A stretch of DNA of 58,513 bases, from positions 1 through 58,513 of the forward strand of contig DOZH01000006.1 in the NCBI GenBank assembly GCA_003518105.1, given 5' to 3'. Below, piece by piece: positions 1-10,293 of the stretch. This DNA comes from Candidatus Uhrbacteria bacterium. Its GTDB lineage: Bacteria; Patescibacteriota; Patescibacteriia; UBA9934. The position numbers and the translations under genes are program-made. A model generated the notes under the pieces. The model was not told the origin of the DNA. It did no database searches and saw only the letters and a list, made by a program, of their open reading frames with translations. Position 1 is the stretch's first letter, and each line of letters starts with the position of its first letter.

Positions 1-88
1 GTCGGCAGTCGCTCGCTCCTACAAGGCTCTGGCTCACTAATGAATCAAGCTACCAACTACCGACTACTATCTACCAACTGCATATTTT

Positions 89-652
89 ATGGCAATCATG
101 ATCGTGGGGCTCGGTAATCCAGGAGAACAGTACAAAAAGACCCGCCACAATGCGGGTTTTTTGGCGCTTGATAAGTTAGCAGAAGAATGGGGCGGCAGCT
201 TCCGCGTCAATAACTCGGCGAAGGCTGAGGTAGCTGAGGTGATAGTTGGCGAGATGAAGATAGTTCTCGTGAAGCCACAAACTTTCATGAATAATTCTGG
301 CGTCGCGGTGGCGTCGCTCATGCACCGCTACAAGATTACGATTGAACGGGTATGGGTGGTTTATGACGACGCTGCGATTGCCAATGATCAGGTGCGAGTA
401 CGACGTGGTGGCAGTGCTGGTGGTCATAACGGACTCAAGTCGATTATTGCGCATAATGGAGATCCGTTTGCTCGTTTCCGCATAGGACTCGGCAACCCAC
501 CAGAACGCGTACCATTGGAGGAGTTTGTGTTGCAGAATTTTGCGGCGACTGAACTGCCACTGCTTGAGAATAAACTAGATGTCGTGATTGAACTTATTAA
601 TGAAGCGCGAGTGACGGGAGTCCAAGAAAAAACTGTAACTATCGCCACATGA
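89..652 (+). CDS. pth: peptidyl-tRNA hydrolase
   Basis: IVGLGNPG, TRHNAGF, KPQTFMNNSG and GGHNGLKSI motifs. Confidence 0.97.
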   Translation: MAIMIVGLGNPGEQYKKTRHNAGFLALDKLAEEWGGSFRVNNSAKAEVAEVIVGEMKIVLVKPQTFMNNSGVAVASLMHRYKITIERVWVVYDDAAIANDQVRVRRGGSAGGHNGLKSIIAHNGDPFARFRIGLGNPPERVPLEEFVLQNFAATELPLLENKLDVVIELINEARVTGVQEKTVTIAT

Positions 653-1737
653 TTTCCCCCTACCGACTAGCCTTGACCTATTTTAATGACTTAGCGATTG
701 GCCCGGTGCGCCACGCTAGCCTGCTTGAAGTTTTAGGTAGTGACGAAAATATTTGGCGAGCCAGCGCAGACGAATTACAAAGTGGCGGACTGACACGAGA
801 CATGGCTATAAAGTTTATTGAGTGGAGGGCTACGCAAGACCCGCAGGCTTTGCTCGACGATACGCTCAAGCGTGGAATTAGTTTGGTGACGCTCGACGAT
901 CCGGAATACCCGCAACTGCTCCGCGCCATTCACGACGCACCGTACGTGCTGTACTACCGCGGTACGTTGCCGCCGGCGGATGCATTGTTGGTGGGCGTAG
1001 TGGGGTCGCGTCGAGCAACTGATTATGGTTTGCGAGTAGCAGCCGATTTGTCAGAGAAACTGGCGCGTCATCATTTAGTAATTGTGAGTGGCTTGGCCTG
1101 GGGAATCGATGAGGCGGCGCATAAAGCAACGGTGAAGGCGAATGGTAAGACAATTGCCGTACTGGGCTGCGGACTCGATGCTAATGATTCTTATCGGAAA
1201 ATACAATTAGCCGAGGAGATAGTAAGCAAGGGTGGCGCAATAATTAGCGAGTATCCACCAGAGATGCCTTCGTATACTCATCATTTCCCGATCCGTAACC
1301 GCATAATTTCTGGCATGAGCAAGGGAACACTCGTAGTTGAAGCGGCGGAAAAGTCCGGCTCGTTAATAACAGCCCGAGCAGCTTTAATGGAAAATCGTGA
1401 GGTATTCGCTGTACCTGGCTCGATTCACTCCCCTACTTCTGTCGGTACTAATCGTTTGTGTCGCGATGGTGCCCACGTAGTAACTTCCGCGGAAGACATT
1501 CTTAATGTGCTCGGTGTAACGCCAAGGGAAACTGCCAACGAAGCTCGGGCCACCATGATTCCACCAGCCACCCCAGAAGCTAGAGCAATTCTTGAGTTAC
1601 TAAACCATGAACCAAAACATATTGATGATCTTGCTATAGCAGTCGCACTGCCAAGTCATACCGTCGGCGGAACATTGACTATTATGGAGATTGAAGGCTA
1701 CGCTCGACACGTTGGTGGTGGAAACTACACCAGATAA
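649..1737 (+). CDS. dprA: DNA-processing protein DprA
   Basis: VVGSRRAT, VSGLAWGID, FPIRNRIISG, EAAEKSGSLITA motifs and a C-terminal winged-helix-like region. Confidence 0.96.
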   Translation: MISPYRLALTYFNDLAIGPVRHASLLEVLGSDENIWRASADELQSGGLTRDMAIKFIEWRATQDPQALLDDTLKRGISLVTLDDPEYPQLLRAIHDAPYVLYYRGTLPPADALLVGVVGSRRATDYGLRVAADLSEKLARHHLVIVSGLAWGIDEAAHKATVKANGKTIAVLGCGLDANDSYRKIQLAEEIVSKGGAIISEYPPEMPSYTHHFPIRNRIISGMSKGTLVVEAAEKSGSLITARAALMENREVFAVPGSIHSPTSVGTNRLCRDGAHVVTSAEDILNVLGVTPRETANEARATMIPPATPEARAILELLNHEPKHIDDLAIAVALPSHTVGGTLTIMEIEGYARHVGGGNYTR

Positions 1738-1800
1738 GCCTTTCGTGAGTTGTGGCTAACGCTTCGCTTCACCGAAGTCGTCAACCGCGCCAGCTGGCTC

Positions 1801-1944
1801 ACCTCGTCTGACTCGGGAGCTGGCACAGGGCCGACTTCGTCTCAGCTCATCGTCAGTCACAACTCACTTTTGAGTCAGATGATACTGATAGCAATGAGAC
1901 GAACGAATGCCGGCCCTGCGGAATCCCTCCGAGTCAGACGAGGT
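1801..1944. repeat. long nested imperfect inverted repeat
   Basis: Arms 1801-1816/1929-1944 (16 bp perfect), 1826-1833/1911-1918, 1836-1844/1895-1903, apical 1862-1866/1871-1875. Confidence 0.85.
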
Positions 1945-2015
1945 ATGGTCGGGGATTCTGCGGTTGACGGCATGAGTGAGGCGAAGTGCTATCAGTATCA
2001 TCTGAATCTGTGAAT

Positions 2016-3272
2016 ATGAAAAATTACAAAGAAGCGGTGCAGCGGCTCATTTCGCTAAGCAACCTGGAGACGTCGTGGCGCGGGAGCCAAGAGAGTTTAC
2101 AGGCTTCGTTGAACAGAACGAGACAATTATTAGCCAAGCTCGAACACCCCGAGCGTGAGTTGAAGTTTATTCATGTCACGGGGACAAGTGGCAAAGGAAG
2201 TGTCACCAATCTCATTCATGAGATGCTGTTGGCTGATGGTCGAGCCGTGGCTAGCTACACGTCGCCGCATACGACGACGCTACTTGAGAGATTTAGGGTG
2301 AGCGAGAAACTCATTGAACCGAAGTTGTTAGTACAGGCGATCGAGTTAACGATTGCGGGTTATGAGGCGCACCTTGTAGAAGGCAAACAGGCGTTGAGTT
2401 ATTTTGAATTAGCTACCGTGGTCGCGTTGGTGGCCTTCGTGCTTGCCAAGGTTGAATGGTGCGTGCTGGAAGTTGGTTTGGGTGGACGCTGGGACTCTAC
2501 GAATGTGATTCCTAAGAAAGAGGTGGCGGTGATTACCAACGTCGACCTGGATCATACGGATATTTTAGGGAATAGTGTGGAAGAGATTGCGCAGGAGAAA
2601 GTAGGAATTATTACTGGGCGCTGCGCCGTGATTTCTGGCGTCGTGCAACCAAATTTAAGGGAATTGATAAGTGACGTGGCGAGTGACAAGAAAGCGAGTG
2701 TGCTGTTTGTTGAGGCACCTAACGATGATCACAGATTACATAATGCGTTGCTGGCGACAGCGGCGGCCCAGGCGGTTGGCGTGAAAATCGAGGTTATAGA
2801 GAAGGCGCTAGCGAAGAGCAAGGGACTCCCCTGCCGCTTTGAGGTGATGAGCCAGAAGCCGCTTGTGATTGTCGACGGGGCGCATAATGAGGCCAAGATG
2901 AAAGGGACGGTGCAGCTCCTGAAATCGATGAAACGCGGAAGAGTACATGTCATCTTTGGCTGCAAACATAGTAAGGATGCGGGGGCGATGCTCAAGCTAT
3001 TAGCGCCACTGGCCAACGTCGTCCACACCACGCGCTACCAGCATGGCTATGGCGCACCAGAAAATCCGGCCATGCTGGCTAAGCTGATTACTAAGAATAA
3101 GCGAGGTAAGACGTGGCTCTTTGCTGACGAGGCGCTGCAGTTTGTGCTAGGCGAAATGAAGCCAGAAGATACGCTCTTAATAACTGGGTCGTTGTATTTG
3201 GCTGGAGAATTAAGGACGCACTGGGTGAGCGAAGAATCGATTGTTAAGAAGCAGTCGAGTCAGGTTAAATAA
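2016..3272 (+). CDS. folC: folylpolyglutamate synthase / Mur-ligase family (FolC-like)
   Basis: IHVTGTSGKGS, EVGLGGRWDSTNV, DLDHTDILG, VDGAHN, TGSLYLAG; start placed at ATG 2016. Confidence 0.9.
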   Translation: MKNYKEAVQRLISLSNLETSWRGSQESLQASLNRTRQLLAKLEHPERELKFIHVTGTSGKGSVTNLIHEMLLADGRAVASYTSPHTTTLLERFRVSEKLIEPKLLVQAIELTIAGYEAHLVEGKQALSYFELATVVALVAFVLAKVEWCVLEVGLGGRWDSTNVIPKKEVAVITNVDLDHTDILGNSVEEIAQEKVGIITGRCAVISGVVQPNLRELISDVASDKKASVLFVEAPNDDHRLHNALLATAAAQAVGVKIEVIEKALAKSKGLPCRFEVMSQKPLVIVDGAHNEAKMKGTVQLLKSMKRGRVHVIFGCKHSKDAGAMLKLLAPLANVVHTTRYQHGYGAPENPAMLAKLITKNKRGKTWLFADEALQFVLGEMKPEDTLLITGSLYLAGELRTHWVSEESIVKKQSSQVK

Positions 3273-3306
3273 TACACATTCCAGTCAACGCGAGACTCGG
3301 GCATAA

Positions 3307-3444
3307 AGGCCACGACTCGGGTGACTCTTTCTTTACTCGGTCGGGCATTTTAACGATCCTCGACCCTTATTCCTGAAGTGGAGTCTCCGGCCTGTAAAAT
3401 GCAGTTCCTCCCTCGACAGAAAGAGTCGCCACTCGTCGTGGCCT
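3307..3444. repeat. long imperfect inverted repeat between folC and the topA promoter
   Basis: 3307-3316 pairs with 3435-3444 and 3323-3332 with 3418-3427 (both 10 bp perfect). Confidence 0.75.
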
Positions 3445-3457
3445 AGGCTCGTCCAGT

Positions 3458-3486
3458 TTGACATAACGCTCTCTCAAGGCTATCGT
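3458..3486 (+). promoter_or_regulatory. sigma70-type promoter for topA
   Basis: TTGACA-17 bp-TATCGT, 11 bp before the ATG. Confidence 0.7.
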
Positions 3487-3497
3487 TCGCCTCAACT

Positions 3498-5783
3498 ATG
3501 TCTAAACTTGTCATCGTCGAGTCCCCTACTAAAGCCAAAACAATTACCAAATTTTTAGGGAAAGAATACACAATTCTTTCTTCTTTTGGTCATATTCGCG
3601 ACCTCCCAAAGAAGTCCACAGCGGTGGATGTGGAGCATGGTTTTACGCCAACCTATGAGGTGCCACCAGACAAAAAGGCTAAGGTGACGGCGCTCAAACA
3701 AGCGGCCAAAGGCGTGGATGAAGTGTACCTGGCAACCGACGAAGACCGTGAAGGAGAAGCCATTGCCTGGCACATTGCTGAGGTGCTTAAGCTTAACGTC
3801 GCCACAGCCAAGCGCATTACTTTCCACGAAATTACTAAGGCCGCGATTGTGAATGCGGTTGAGCACCCACGGACCATAGACATGAACATGGTCAACGCTC
3901 AGCAGACTCGTCGAATCTTGGACCGCTTGGTTGGTTACGAACTGTCGCCCTTGTTGTGGAAGAAGGTGCAACGCGGACTTTCGGCTGGACGTGTGCAGAG
4001 TGTGGCTGTGCGTTTGGTAGTGGAACGCGAATTGGAGCGCAACGCTTTTAAGAGCGACGAGTACTGGACGATTGAAGCGACGTTTGAGAAAGGTGGAGCC
4101 GTGCTTGAAGCTAAGTTGAACAGCATCGACGGCAAGAAACTGGAGAAGCTCGACATCAAAAATGAGGCGGATGCTCAAAAAATCGTCGACAACGTGACAG
4201 GTGTTAGCTTTGTGGTAGATAAGATTGAGTTGAAAGATGCCTCACGCAAACCACCAATTCCTCTCACAACGTCGAGCTTACAGCAGGACGCTTATAACCG
4301 CTTAGGCATGAGTGCTAAGCAGACCATGACCTTGGCGCAGAAGTTGTACGAAACCGGTAAGATTACTTACATGCGTACTGACTCACAGAATTTGGCGGAA
4401 CAGTTTACGGGTGCTACGCAGGAATATCTCAAGTCGACTTTTGGTGCCGAGTTTGCGACTGGTGCGGTGAAGTACGCCACCAAAAGTAAAGGCGCGCAGG
4501 AAGCGCACGAAGCTATTCGTCCGACTGATGTGACAGCGTCACCAGAAAGTCTGCAAGCGAGTCTCGAAAGCGGTGAATGGAAACTGTACGATTTGATTTG
4601 GCGGCGCACGGTAGCCAGCCAGATGCCGAGCGCTAAGATTCGTCGCACCGCCGTGGATCTGTTGGGTAACAAGCATATTTTCCGCGTGAACGGTAGTACA
4701 GTGGTGTTCCCAGGCTTCATGAAAGTGTGGCAAGCAAGCGAGGACAAGCTTTTGCCGACCATGGCGCAAGGTGACGTGATTGGTGAGGCTAAGGAGATTA
4801 AGCCAGAGCAACACTTCACGGAACCAGCCGCGCGTTATAGCGACGCGACGTTGATTAAGGCACTGGAAGAATACGGCATTGGCCGCCCTTCTACTTATGC
4901 GCCGACGTTGACGACGATTATTGATCGCGGCTACGTGTTGCGTGACGATAACAAAAAACTTTTCCCGAGCGACATTGCGATCATCGTGACGGATTTGCTC
5001 AAGACGCATTTCCCGAATATTGTCGGCTATGATTTTACGGCGGACATGGAAGGCAAGTTGGACGAAGTAGCCGAGGGCAAACAGGACTGGCAGAAAATTT
5101 TGGGTGAATTTTACGGCCCTTTCCACGCCCAGATTGTGGAGAAGACAGGCGACCTGACGAGAGCTGACGTCATGAAGGAGCGCAGCTTGGGCGTCGACCC
5201 GAAGGACGGCCTCGAAATTATTGTGCGTACGGGTCGCTTTGGACCGTATGTCCAGCGCGGGATTGTCAGCGATGAGAATCCAAAACCACCTCGTGCTTCG
5301 CTGACCAAAGACCAGTTGATGGATACCATTACGCTCGACCAAGCCTTGAAGTTATTGCTTCTCCCCCGCTTGGTTGGTAAGCACACTAACGGCGAGGATA
5401 TTATTGCTAACCTCGGTCGCTTTGGCCCGTATTTAAAGTGTGGTGCCGTGAACATCACTTTGCCGCCGGAAGATCACCCAGCCGAGGTGACGTTAGAACG
5501 GGCGATTCAGATTTGTACGGAAGGCGTCGCTAAGAAAGCAGCAGCCATGAAGCCGTTGGCGGAGCTTGGCACTGACCCGACCAGTAAAGGTGAGATTGTA
5601 ATTCGCAGTGGACGGTTCGGCGATTATATTACAGACGGTAAGACTAATGTGACGGTACCCAAGAAAATGACTTGGCAGGACGTCACTTCTGAAATGGCGA
5701 TTGAGATGCTCACGAAGAAGCGGGCGTCGCCCAAGAAGGCTTGGGGGAAGAGAAAGAAGAAGGGTGAGGATAGTGAGGAATAA
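3498..5783 (+). CDS. topA: DNA topoisomerase I
   Basis: LVIVESPTKAKTI, LATDEDREGEAIAWH, SAGRVQS, ITYMRTDS, GIGRPSTYA, and C-terminal repeats with GRFGPY. Confidence 0.98.
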   Translation: MSKLVIVESPTKAKTITKFLGKEYTILSSFGHIRDLPKKSTAVDVEHGFTPTYEVPPDKKAKVTALKQAAKGVDEVYLATDEDREGEAIAWHIAEVLKLNVATAKRITFHEITKAAIVNAVEHPRTIDMNMVNAQQTRRILDRLVGYELSPLLWKKVQRGLSAGRVQSVAVRLVVERELERNAFKSDEYWTIEATFEKGGAVLEAKLNSIDGKKLEKLDIKNEADAQKIVDNVTGVSFVVDKIELKDASRKPPIPLTTSSLQQDAYNRLGMSAKQTMTLAQKLYETGKITYMRTDSQNLAEQFTGATQEYLKSTFGAEFATGAVKYATKSKGAQEAHEAIRPTDVTASPESLQASLESGEWKLYDLIWRRTVASQMPSAKIRRTAVDLLGNKHIFRVNGSTVVFPGFMKVWQASEDKLLPTMAQGDVIGEAKEIKPEQHFTEPAARYSDATLIKALEEYGIGRPSTYAPTLTTIIDRGYVLRDDNKKLFPSDIAIIVTDLLKTHFPNIVGYDFTADMEGKLDEVAEGKQDWQKILGEFYGPFHAQIVEKTGDLTRADVMKERSLGVDPKDGLEIIVRTGRFGPYVQRGIVSDENPKPPRASLTKDQLMDTITLDQALKLLLLPRLVGKHTNGEDIIANLGRFGPYLKCGAVNITLPPEDHPAEVTLERAIQICTEGVAKKAAAMKPLAELGTDPTSKGEIVIRSGRFGDYITDGKTNVTVPKKMTWQDVTSEMAIEMLTKKRASPKKAWGKRKKKGEDSEE

Positions 5784-5791
5784 TTAGGGCT

Positions 5792-5821
5792 AATACCAGA
5801 CGTAAAATTGCGTCTGGTATT
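5792..5821 (+). terminator. hairpin after topA
   Basis: AATACCAGACG/CGTCTGGTATT 11-bp stem. Confidence 0.55.
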
Positions 5822-5864
5822 GTCTTGCCACAAAATGGTTTTGGGCCTATTCTGAGTAGAGTAT

Positions 5865-7334
5865 ATGCAAATGCCTTCGTTTGACGATTTAAAGGTGGTG
5901 CTGGATGCGAGATATAGCGAGTTTGATTTTATTTTGCTACAGACAGCGTACGAATATGCCAAGCTGGCGCACGAGGGCCAGACGAGGAGTACTGGCGAAC
6001 CGTATTTCAATCACGTGTTTCAGACTGGCGTAAAGCTAGCTAAGTTGCGTTTGCCGAGCGAGGTTATTGCGGCTGGTTTGTTGCATGATGTGCCGGAAGA
6101 TACGGAGAGGACGCTTGAAGATGTAGAACGCGAATTTGGGGCAGACATTGCCGGCATGGTGGCCTCCTGCACCAAGCTTGGTAAAGTGAAGTACCGTGGC
6201 GAGGAGCGCTACATTGAAAACTTGCGCAAGATGTTCGTGGCGATGGCAGAAGATGTGCGCGTGATTTTCATTAAGTTTGCGGACCGCATGCACAACATGG
6301 AGACGCTCTACGCCCGGCCGGAGCATAAGCGTTTGCGCATTGCTAAAGAAGTGATGGAGATTTACGCGCCGATTGCTAACCGTTTGGGCATGGCGGAATA
6401 TCGCGGTCAATTTGAAGACCATGCTTTTAAGTACTTGTTCCCTCGTGACTATACCTGGACGCAGCATTTACTAGAGGAACGGGTACGTAAGTTTGGGCCA
6501 GCCATGAACCGGGCTATTCCAACAGTGGAAGCAGCTCTGCGTGAACATAACGTCAACTATGTCGACATCCACGGCCGCATGAAGCACTGCTATAGTTTGC
6601 ATAAGAAGCTCAAGAAGTACGGCAACGACATCGACAAAGTTTACGATATTGTGGCCCTGCGGATAATTGTGCCCACGGTGGCTGACTGCTATGCCGCGCT
6701 CGGCATTCTACATAGCCTGTACACGCCGTTGCCTGGCCGTATCAAAGATTATATCGCACAGCCCAAACCAAACGGTTATAGCTCACTCCACACCACCGTG
6801 TTCGACGACCAAGGCGCGATTGTTGAGTTCCAGATTAGAACACAACAGATGCATGAGGAGGATGAATACGGTATTGCGGCGCACTGGCGTTACAAGGAAG
6901 GGGCAGCTAAGAGCAAGCACGTGACCTGGATGGAAGAGTTCGCTAAAATCCAAAAAGAAATTAGCGGCGATACCTTCATGGACCATTTAGACAACATGAA
7001 GCTCGACATGTTCCGCGACCGTATTTTCGTATTTACGCCACGGGGCGACGTCATCGACCTGCCAGAGGAATCGACGCCGGTTGATTTTGCTTACGCTGTA
7101 CACACAGACATTGGCAACAAGGCGACGATGGCGCAGGTGAACCGCGAAGTAGCGCCGCTTGATACCACACTCAAAAGTGGTGACGTGGTGGAAATCGTCA
7201 CGGACAAGAACCGCAAGTTGCCGAATGAGGATTGGCTACGGTTTGTGAAGACGCACCAGGCGAGGGAGAAAATAAAAGACGCGCTGCGAGCGACAAAGCG
7301 GTCTTTCATCTCCAAAATGCTCGGCCGAACTTAG
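5865..7334 (+). CDS. RelA/SpoT-family (p)ppGpp synthetase/hydrolase (HD + synthetase + TGS, no ACT)
   Basis: GEPYFNH, LLHDVPED, IKFADRMHN, RIKDYIAQPKPNGYSSLH, EFQIRT, FVFTPRGD. Confidence 0.93.
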   Translation: MQMPSFDDLKVVLDARYSEFDFILLQTAYEYAKLAHEGQTRSTGEPYFNHVFQTGVKLAKLRLPSEVIAAGLLHDVPEDTERTLEDVEREFGADIAGMVASCTKLGKVKYRGEERYIENLRKMFVAMAEDVRVIFIKFADRMHNMETLYARPEHKRLRIAKEVMEIYAPIANRLGMAEYRGQFEDHAFKYLFPRDYTWTQHLLEERVRKFGPAMNRAIPTVEAALREHNVNYVDIHGRMKHCYSLHKKLKKYGNDIDKVYDIVALRIIVPTVADCYAALGILHSLYTPLPGRIKDYIAQPKPNGYSSLHTTVFDDQGAIVEFQIRTQQMHEEDEYGIAAHWRYKEGAAKSKHVTWMEEFAKIQKEISGDTFMDHLDNMKLDMFRDRIFVFTPRGDVIDLPEESTPVDFAYAVHTDIGNKATMAQVNREVAPLDTTLKSGDVVEIVTDKNRKLPNEDWLRFVKTHQAREKIKDALRATKRSFISKMLGRT

Positions 7335-8251
7335 GTTAGGTGCTCGATGAGGGCTTTTAAGTCGTCCTTGGAGTAGAAATGAATGACTACTTGGCCGCTG
7401 GCTTGCGTGGTCATTTTGATTTCTACTTTGGTGCCGATTTTCTCGCGGAGCTCACGCTCGATGGCTTCCAAGTTCGGGTCGCGGAAAAGGTGGGGCTGAC
7501 GGACGTGGGCACGGACGGTGCGTTCCGCTTCACGGATGCTGACGCCGCCTTTGAGCATACGCTCAAAGAGGTCGCGCTGACGAGCCACGTTGCCTTCCTG
7601 CAAGAGCGTGCGACCGGCGGACTTGCTGATCTTGCCGTCTTTGATAGCGTCGAGAATATCATTTGGGAGGTCGAGCAAGCGGAGGGCGTTCGTGATAAAC
7701 GGGCGACTCTTGCCGACGCGCTGGGCCATGTCGTCCTGACTCAAACCGAAGTCCTCCATGAGGGCTTTGTAGGCCAAGGCTTCCTCGACTGGATTGAGGT
7801 CTGAACGCTGGACGTTCTCGATGATGGCGAGCTCGAGCTTTTCACGGTCTGTGGCTTCGCGGACGACGACCGGAACTTTCTCTAGGCCGGCCATGGTACT
7901 GGCACGGAGACGGCGCTCACCGGCTATGAGTTCATACTGACCGTTGCCCTTGTCGGTGACAGTAAGAGGCTGTAATACGCCGTGCTCTTTGATGCTGTCG
8001 GCCAAGTCACTCAGCTCTTCCGGCGCGAATTCGCGGCGCGGCTGACGAGGATTGGGAACGATTTGTGAAGGAGAAATGTGAATGAGGCGAAGGCCCTCGT
8101 CGACCACACTTTCCAAGATGTTAGGTTGTTCGATGGCTGGAGCTGGCGACTCGGTGGCAGCAGGTGAAGACTGAGTTGGAGCGTGAGCTGGGGTCATTTG
8201 GGGAATTAACGAGCCGAGTCCCCTGCCGAGTCCTCCGAATTGTTTGGCCAT
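7331..8251 (-). CDS. parB: ParB/Spo0J partition protein
   Basis: GLGRGLGSLI, PNPRQPRREF, LIAGERRLRA, ENVQRSDLNPVEEA. Confidence 0.96.
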   Translation of the reverse strand: MAKQFGGLGRGLGSLIPQMTPAHAPTQSSPAATESPAPAIEQPNILESVVDEGLRLIHISPSQIVPNPRQPRREFAPEELSDLADSIKEHGVLQPLTVTDKGNGQYELIAGERRLRASTMAGLEKVPVVVREATDREKLELAIIENVQRSDLNPVEEALAYKALMEDFGLSQDDMAQRVGKSRPFITNALRLLDLPNDILDAIKDGKISKSAGRTLLQEGNVARQRDLFERMLKGGVSIREAERTVRAHVRQPHLFRDPNLEAIERELREKIGTKVEIKMTTQASGQVVIHFYSKDDLKALIEHLT

Positions 8252-8260
8252 ATTTCTACT

Positions 8261-9043
8261 TTATTGTTGAACAGGAACTGCAACGTCCTCACGGGTGACG
8301 AACTCTCGAGCCAAGCGTTCGTAAGCCTTGGCAGCTTTGCTTTCGGGGTCGTAGTGCAGAATGGATTTGCCGAAGCTCGGGGCTTCCGCCAAGCGAATAC
8401 TGCGGGGAATGACGGAACGGAAGATTTTACCTGGGAAGTGTTTGTAGAGTTCCTGCAGGACTTGGTTACTGAGATTGGTGCGGGTGTCGAACATGGTAAT
8501 GACCGCGCCCATGACCTCCAGTTCTGGCTTGAGGTTGGTGCGGATGAGGTTGACGGTGTGCATGAGCTGGCCGATGCCTTCGAGCGCATAGTACTCGGCT
8601 TGGACAGGAATGAGGACGCTGTCGCTGGCCACCAAGCCGTTGATGGTGAGGAGACCGAGGGATGGTGGGTTGTCGATGATAATGTAGTCGTAGTCGTTCC
8701 GGACTTCCAACAAGGCTTTGGCAAGTTTGTGTTCGCGGTTGAATTCGTTGACCAATTCCACGGAACTACCGGCCAGGTTGGCACTGCCGGGCAAGATGGA
8801 GAGGCCGTCGTGGGCGGTGGCGATAATGACGTCTTTAGCTTTTTGGGAACCAGAGATAACTTCGTAGGTACCCATGAGGTCGCTGACGTCGTGACCGAAG
8901 CCACTCGTCGCGTTGCCCTGGGGGTCAAGATCCACTAACAAAACACGTTTGCCGAAACTGGCAAGATAAGCAGATAAATTGATAGATGTGGTGGTTTTGC
9001 CCACCCCACCCTTTTGATTGACGACGGAGACGATATAGGCCAT
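8261..9043 (-). CDS. parA: ParA/Soj ATPase
   Basis: NQKGGVGKTTT, DLDPQGNATSG, IDNPPSLG, IPRSIRLAEAPSFG; start placed at ATG 9043. Confidence 0.96.
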   Translation of the reverse strand: MAYIVSVVNQKGGVGKTTTSINLSAYLASFGKRVLLVDLDPQGNATSGFGHDVSDLMGTYEVISGSQKAKDVIIATAHDGLSILPGSANLAGSSVELVNEFNREHKLAKALLEVRNDYDYIIIDNPPSLGLLTINGLVASDSVLIPVQAEYYALEGIGQLMHTVNLIRTNLKPELEVMGAVITMFDTRTNLSNQVLQELYKHFPGKIFRSVIPRSIRLAEAPSFGKSILHYDPESKAAKAYERLAREFVTREDVAVPVQQ

Positions 9044-9130
9044 AAGGATAGGAGGAGTATAGCACGGTAGTTGGTGGTGGCTCAAACTTCATCGTGACCA
9101 AAAATAGATGCTGTATGGTTAGGTAAATTA

Positions 9131-9159
9131 TTGACAAAAGTGGATATTTATTGTAGCTT
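9131..9159 (+). promoter_or_regulatory. sigma70-like promoter
   Basis: TTGACA-17 bp-TAGCTT upstream of ORF 9177. Confidence 0.55.
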
Positions 9160-9176
9160 TTTTTGCGGAGGTTCGA

Positions 9177-9545
9177 ATGACCGACGAAGAACATCGTGAA
9201 ATCGTAAAGTGTGCCGCAACCGCTGCATTCCATATCGCCAGAGGAGACATCGCCCTGAAGTTGGTGGCTCCCCTGCTCGGAAGGACGGTGGAGACAAACG
9301 AAGATCCTGGAATGGTGGGTCACCGAGTAGCCCACCGAGTACTGTGTCGAGGTGTATCTCGAGAGTTCGTAAACCAATACCTGGCGATTGCCCTGGCAGG
9401 TACGTGTGCACAACGCATGGGTGCCAGCCAAGAGTTCGTCGGCCGATTCCTGACGTTGCTTGACGAACTGCGTCCCGAACACACTAGTCTGGCTGAAAAG
9501 CTCAAGCAGATGCTCGGTGAGATCGAGACTTCCCCCGCTACGTAG
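9177..9545 (+). CDS. hypothetical protein (122 aa)
   Basis: ORF with GGAGG Shine-Dalgarno, own promoter and a downstream hairpin. Confidence 0.7.
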   Translation: MTDEEHREIVKCAATAAFHIARGDIALKLVAPLLGRTVETNEDPGMVGHRVAHRVLCRGVSREFVNQYLAIALAGTCAQRMGASQEFVGRFLTLLDELRPEHTSLAEKLKQMLGEIETSPAT

Positions 9546-9546
9546 A

Positions 9547-9618
9547 ACTCGACCCTGTGCTACGCGACAAATCCCCCTGGGGACGCCGTCGTTCTCAGTG
9601 CGGGGTTTGTTGTTTTTA
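9547..9618 (+). repeat. 70-bp structured 3' element, copy 1 (terminator-like)
   Basis: 63/70 identical to 10974-11044; ACAAA-CCCC...GGGGTTTGT stem followed by a T-rich tail. Confidence 0.85.
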
Positions 9619-9622
9619 GGTA

Positions 9623-10267
9623 TTAAGACAAAATGAACTTCCGTAAATCGCTCTCAATTAATACTCGTTGCCTGTCGCTGCGACCGATAAGAGCTTGCGT
9701 CGGACGGACGCTTTGACCACCACCAGTTTTGTCTTCTATGGAAAATCCTATATACTCAACCTTTTTCTTTAAGCGAAAACGGATCCAATCAATCATCGGT
9801 ACTAAATCAGTGTCTGAACTAACCAGGATAGCTAAATCGAACTTATCATCGACGGCACCAGCCATAATATCTGTAGCGATTTTTACATCAATGCCCTTTT
9901 CACGAAAGGTGTGAATGACTATCTCATGAATCCCTTGTCGCTTAATGTGTTGATAATTTTCTATGCGAGCGTCAATCTTAACTTTTTCTGTTCTTTCTCG
10001 TAGTTTACTGGTTTTGATCTGCCACAACGTCTTTTTTAAAGTATTAAATAGCTTAGTCTGTAATGACATAAGATATTTACTGCGAAGGTCACCCTCCTTC
10101 TCACGAACAGTGCCAACATAATAGCGTTTGCCATTTTCAGAAATGGTTCGCTCATCGGCTAGAAAGTTAGCAAAAGCGTCAAAATCAAAATTGTTCTCTG
10201 TGATGCCTAAGGGCTTTAAGGCGAGGAAATGGAAGTTGCCGCCGTCAATATAAATTTGAACTCTCAT
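9623..10267 (-). CDS. NYN-domain (PIN-like) ribonuclease
   Basis: IYIDGGNF, REKGIDVKIATDI, AILVSSDTDLVP. Confidence 0.9.
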   Translation of the reverse strand: MRVQIYIDGGNFHFLALKPLGITENNFDFDAFANFLADERTISENGKRYYVGTVREKEGDLRSKYLMSLQTKLFNTLKKTLWQIKTSKLRERTEKVKIDARIENYQHIKRQGIHEIVIHTFREKGIDVKIATDIMAGAVDDKFDLAILVSSDTDLVPMIDWIRFRLKKKVEYIGFSIEDKTGGGQSVRPTQALIGRSDRQRVLIESDLRKFILS

Positions 10268-10293
10268 GGACCATTTTTACTAAGTGAATTTAC

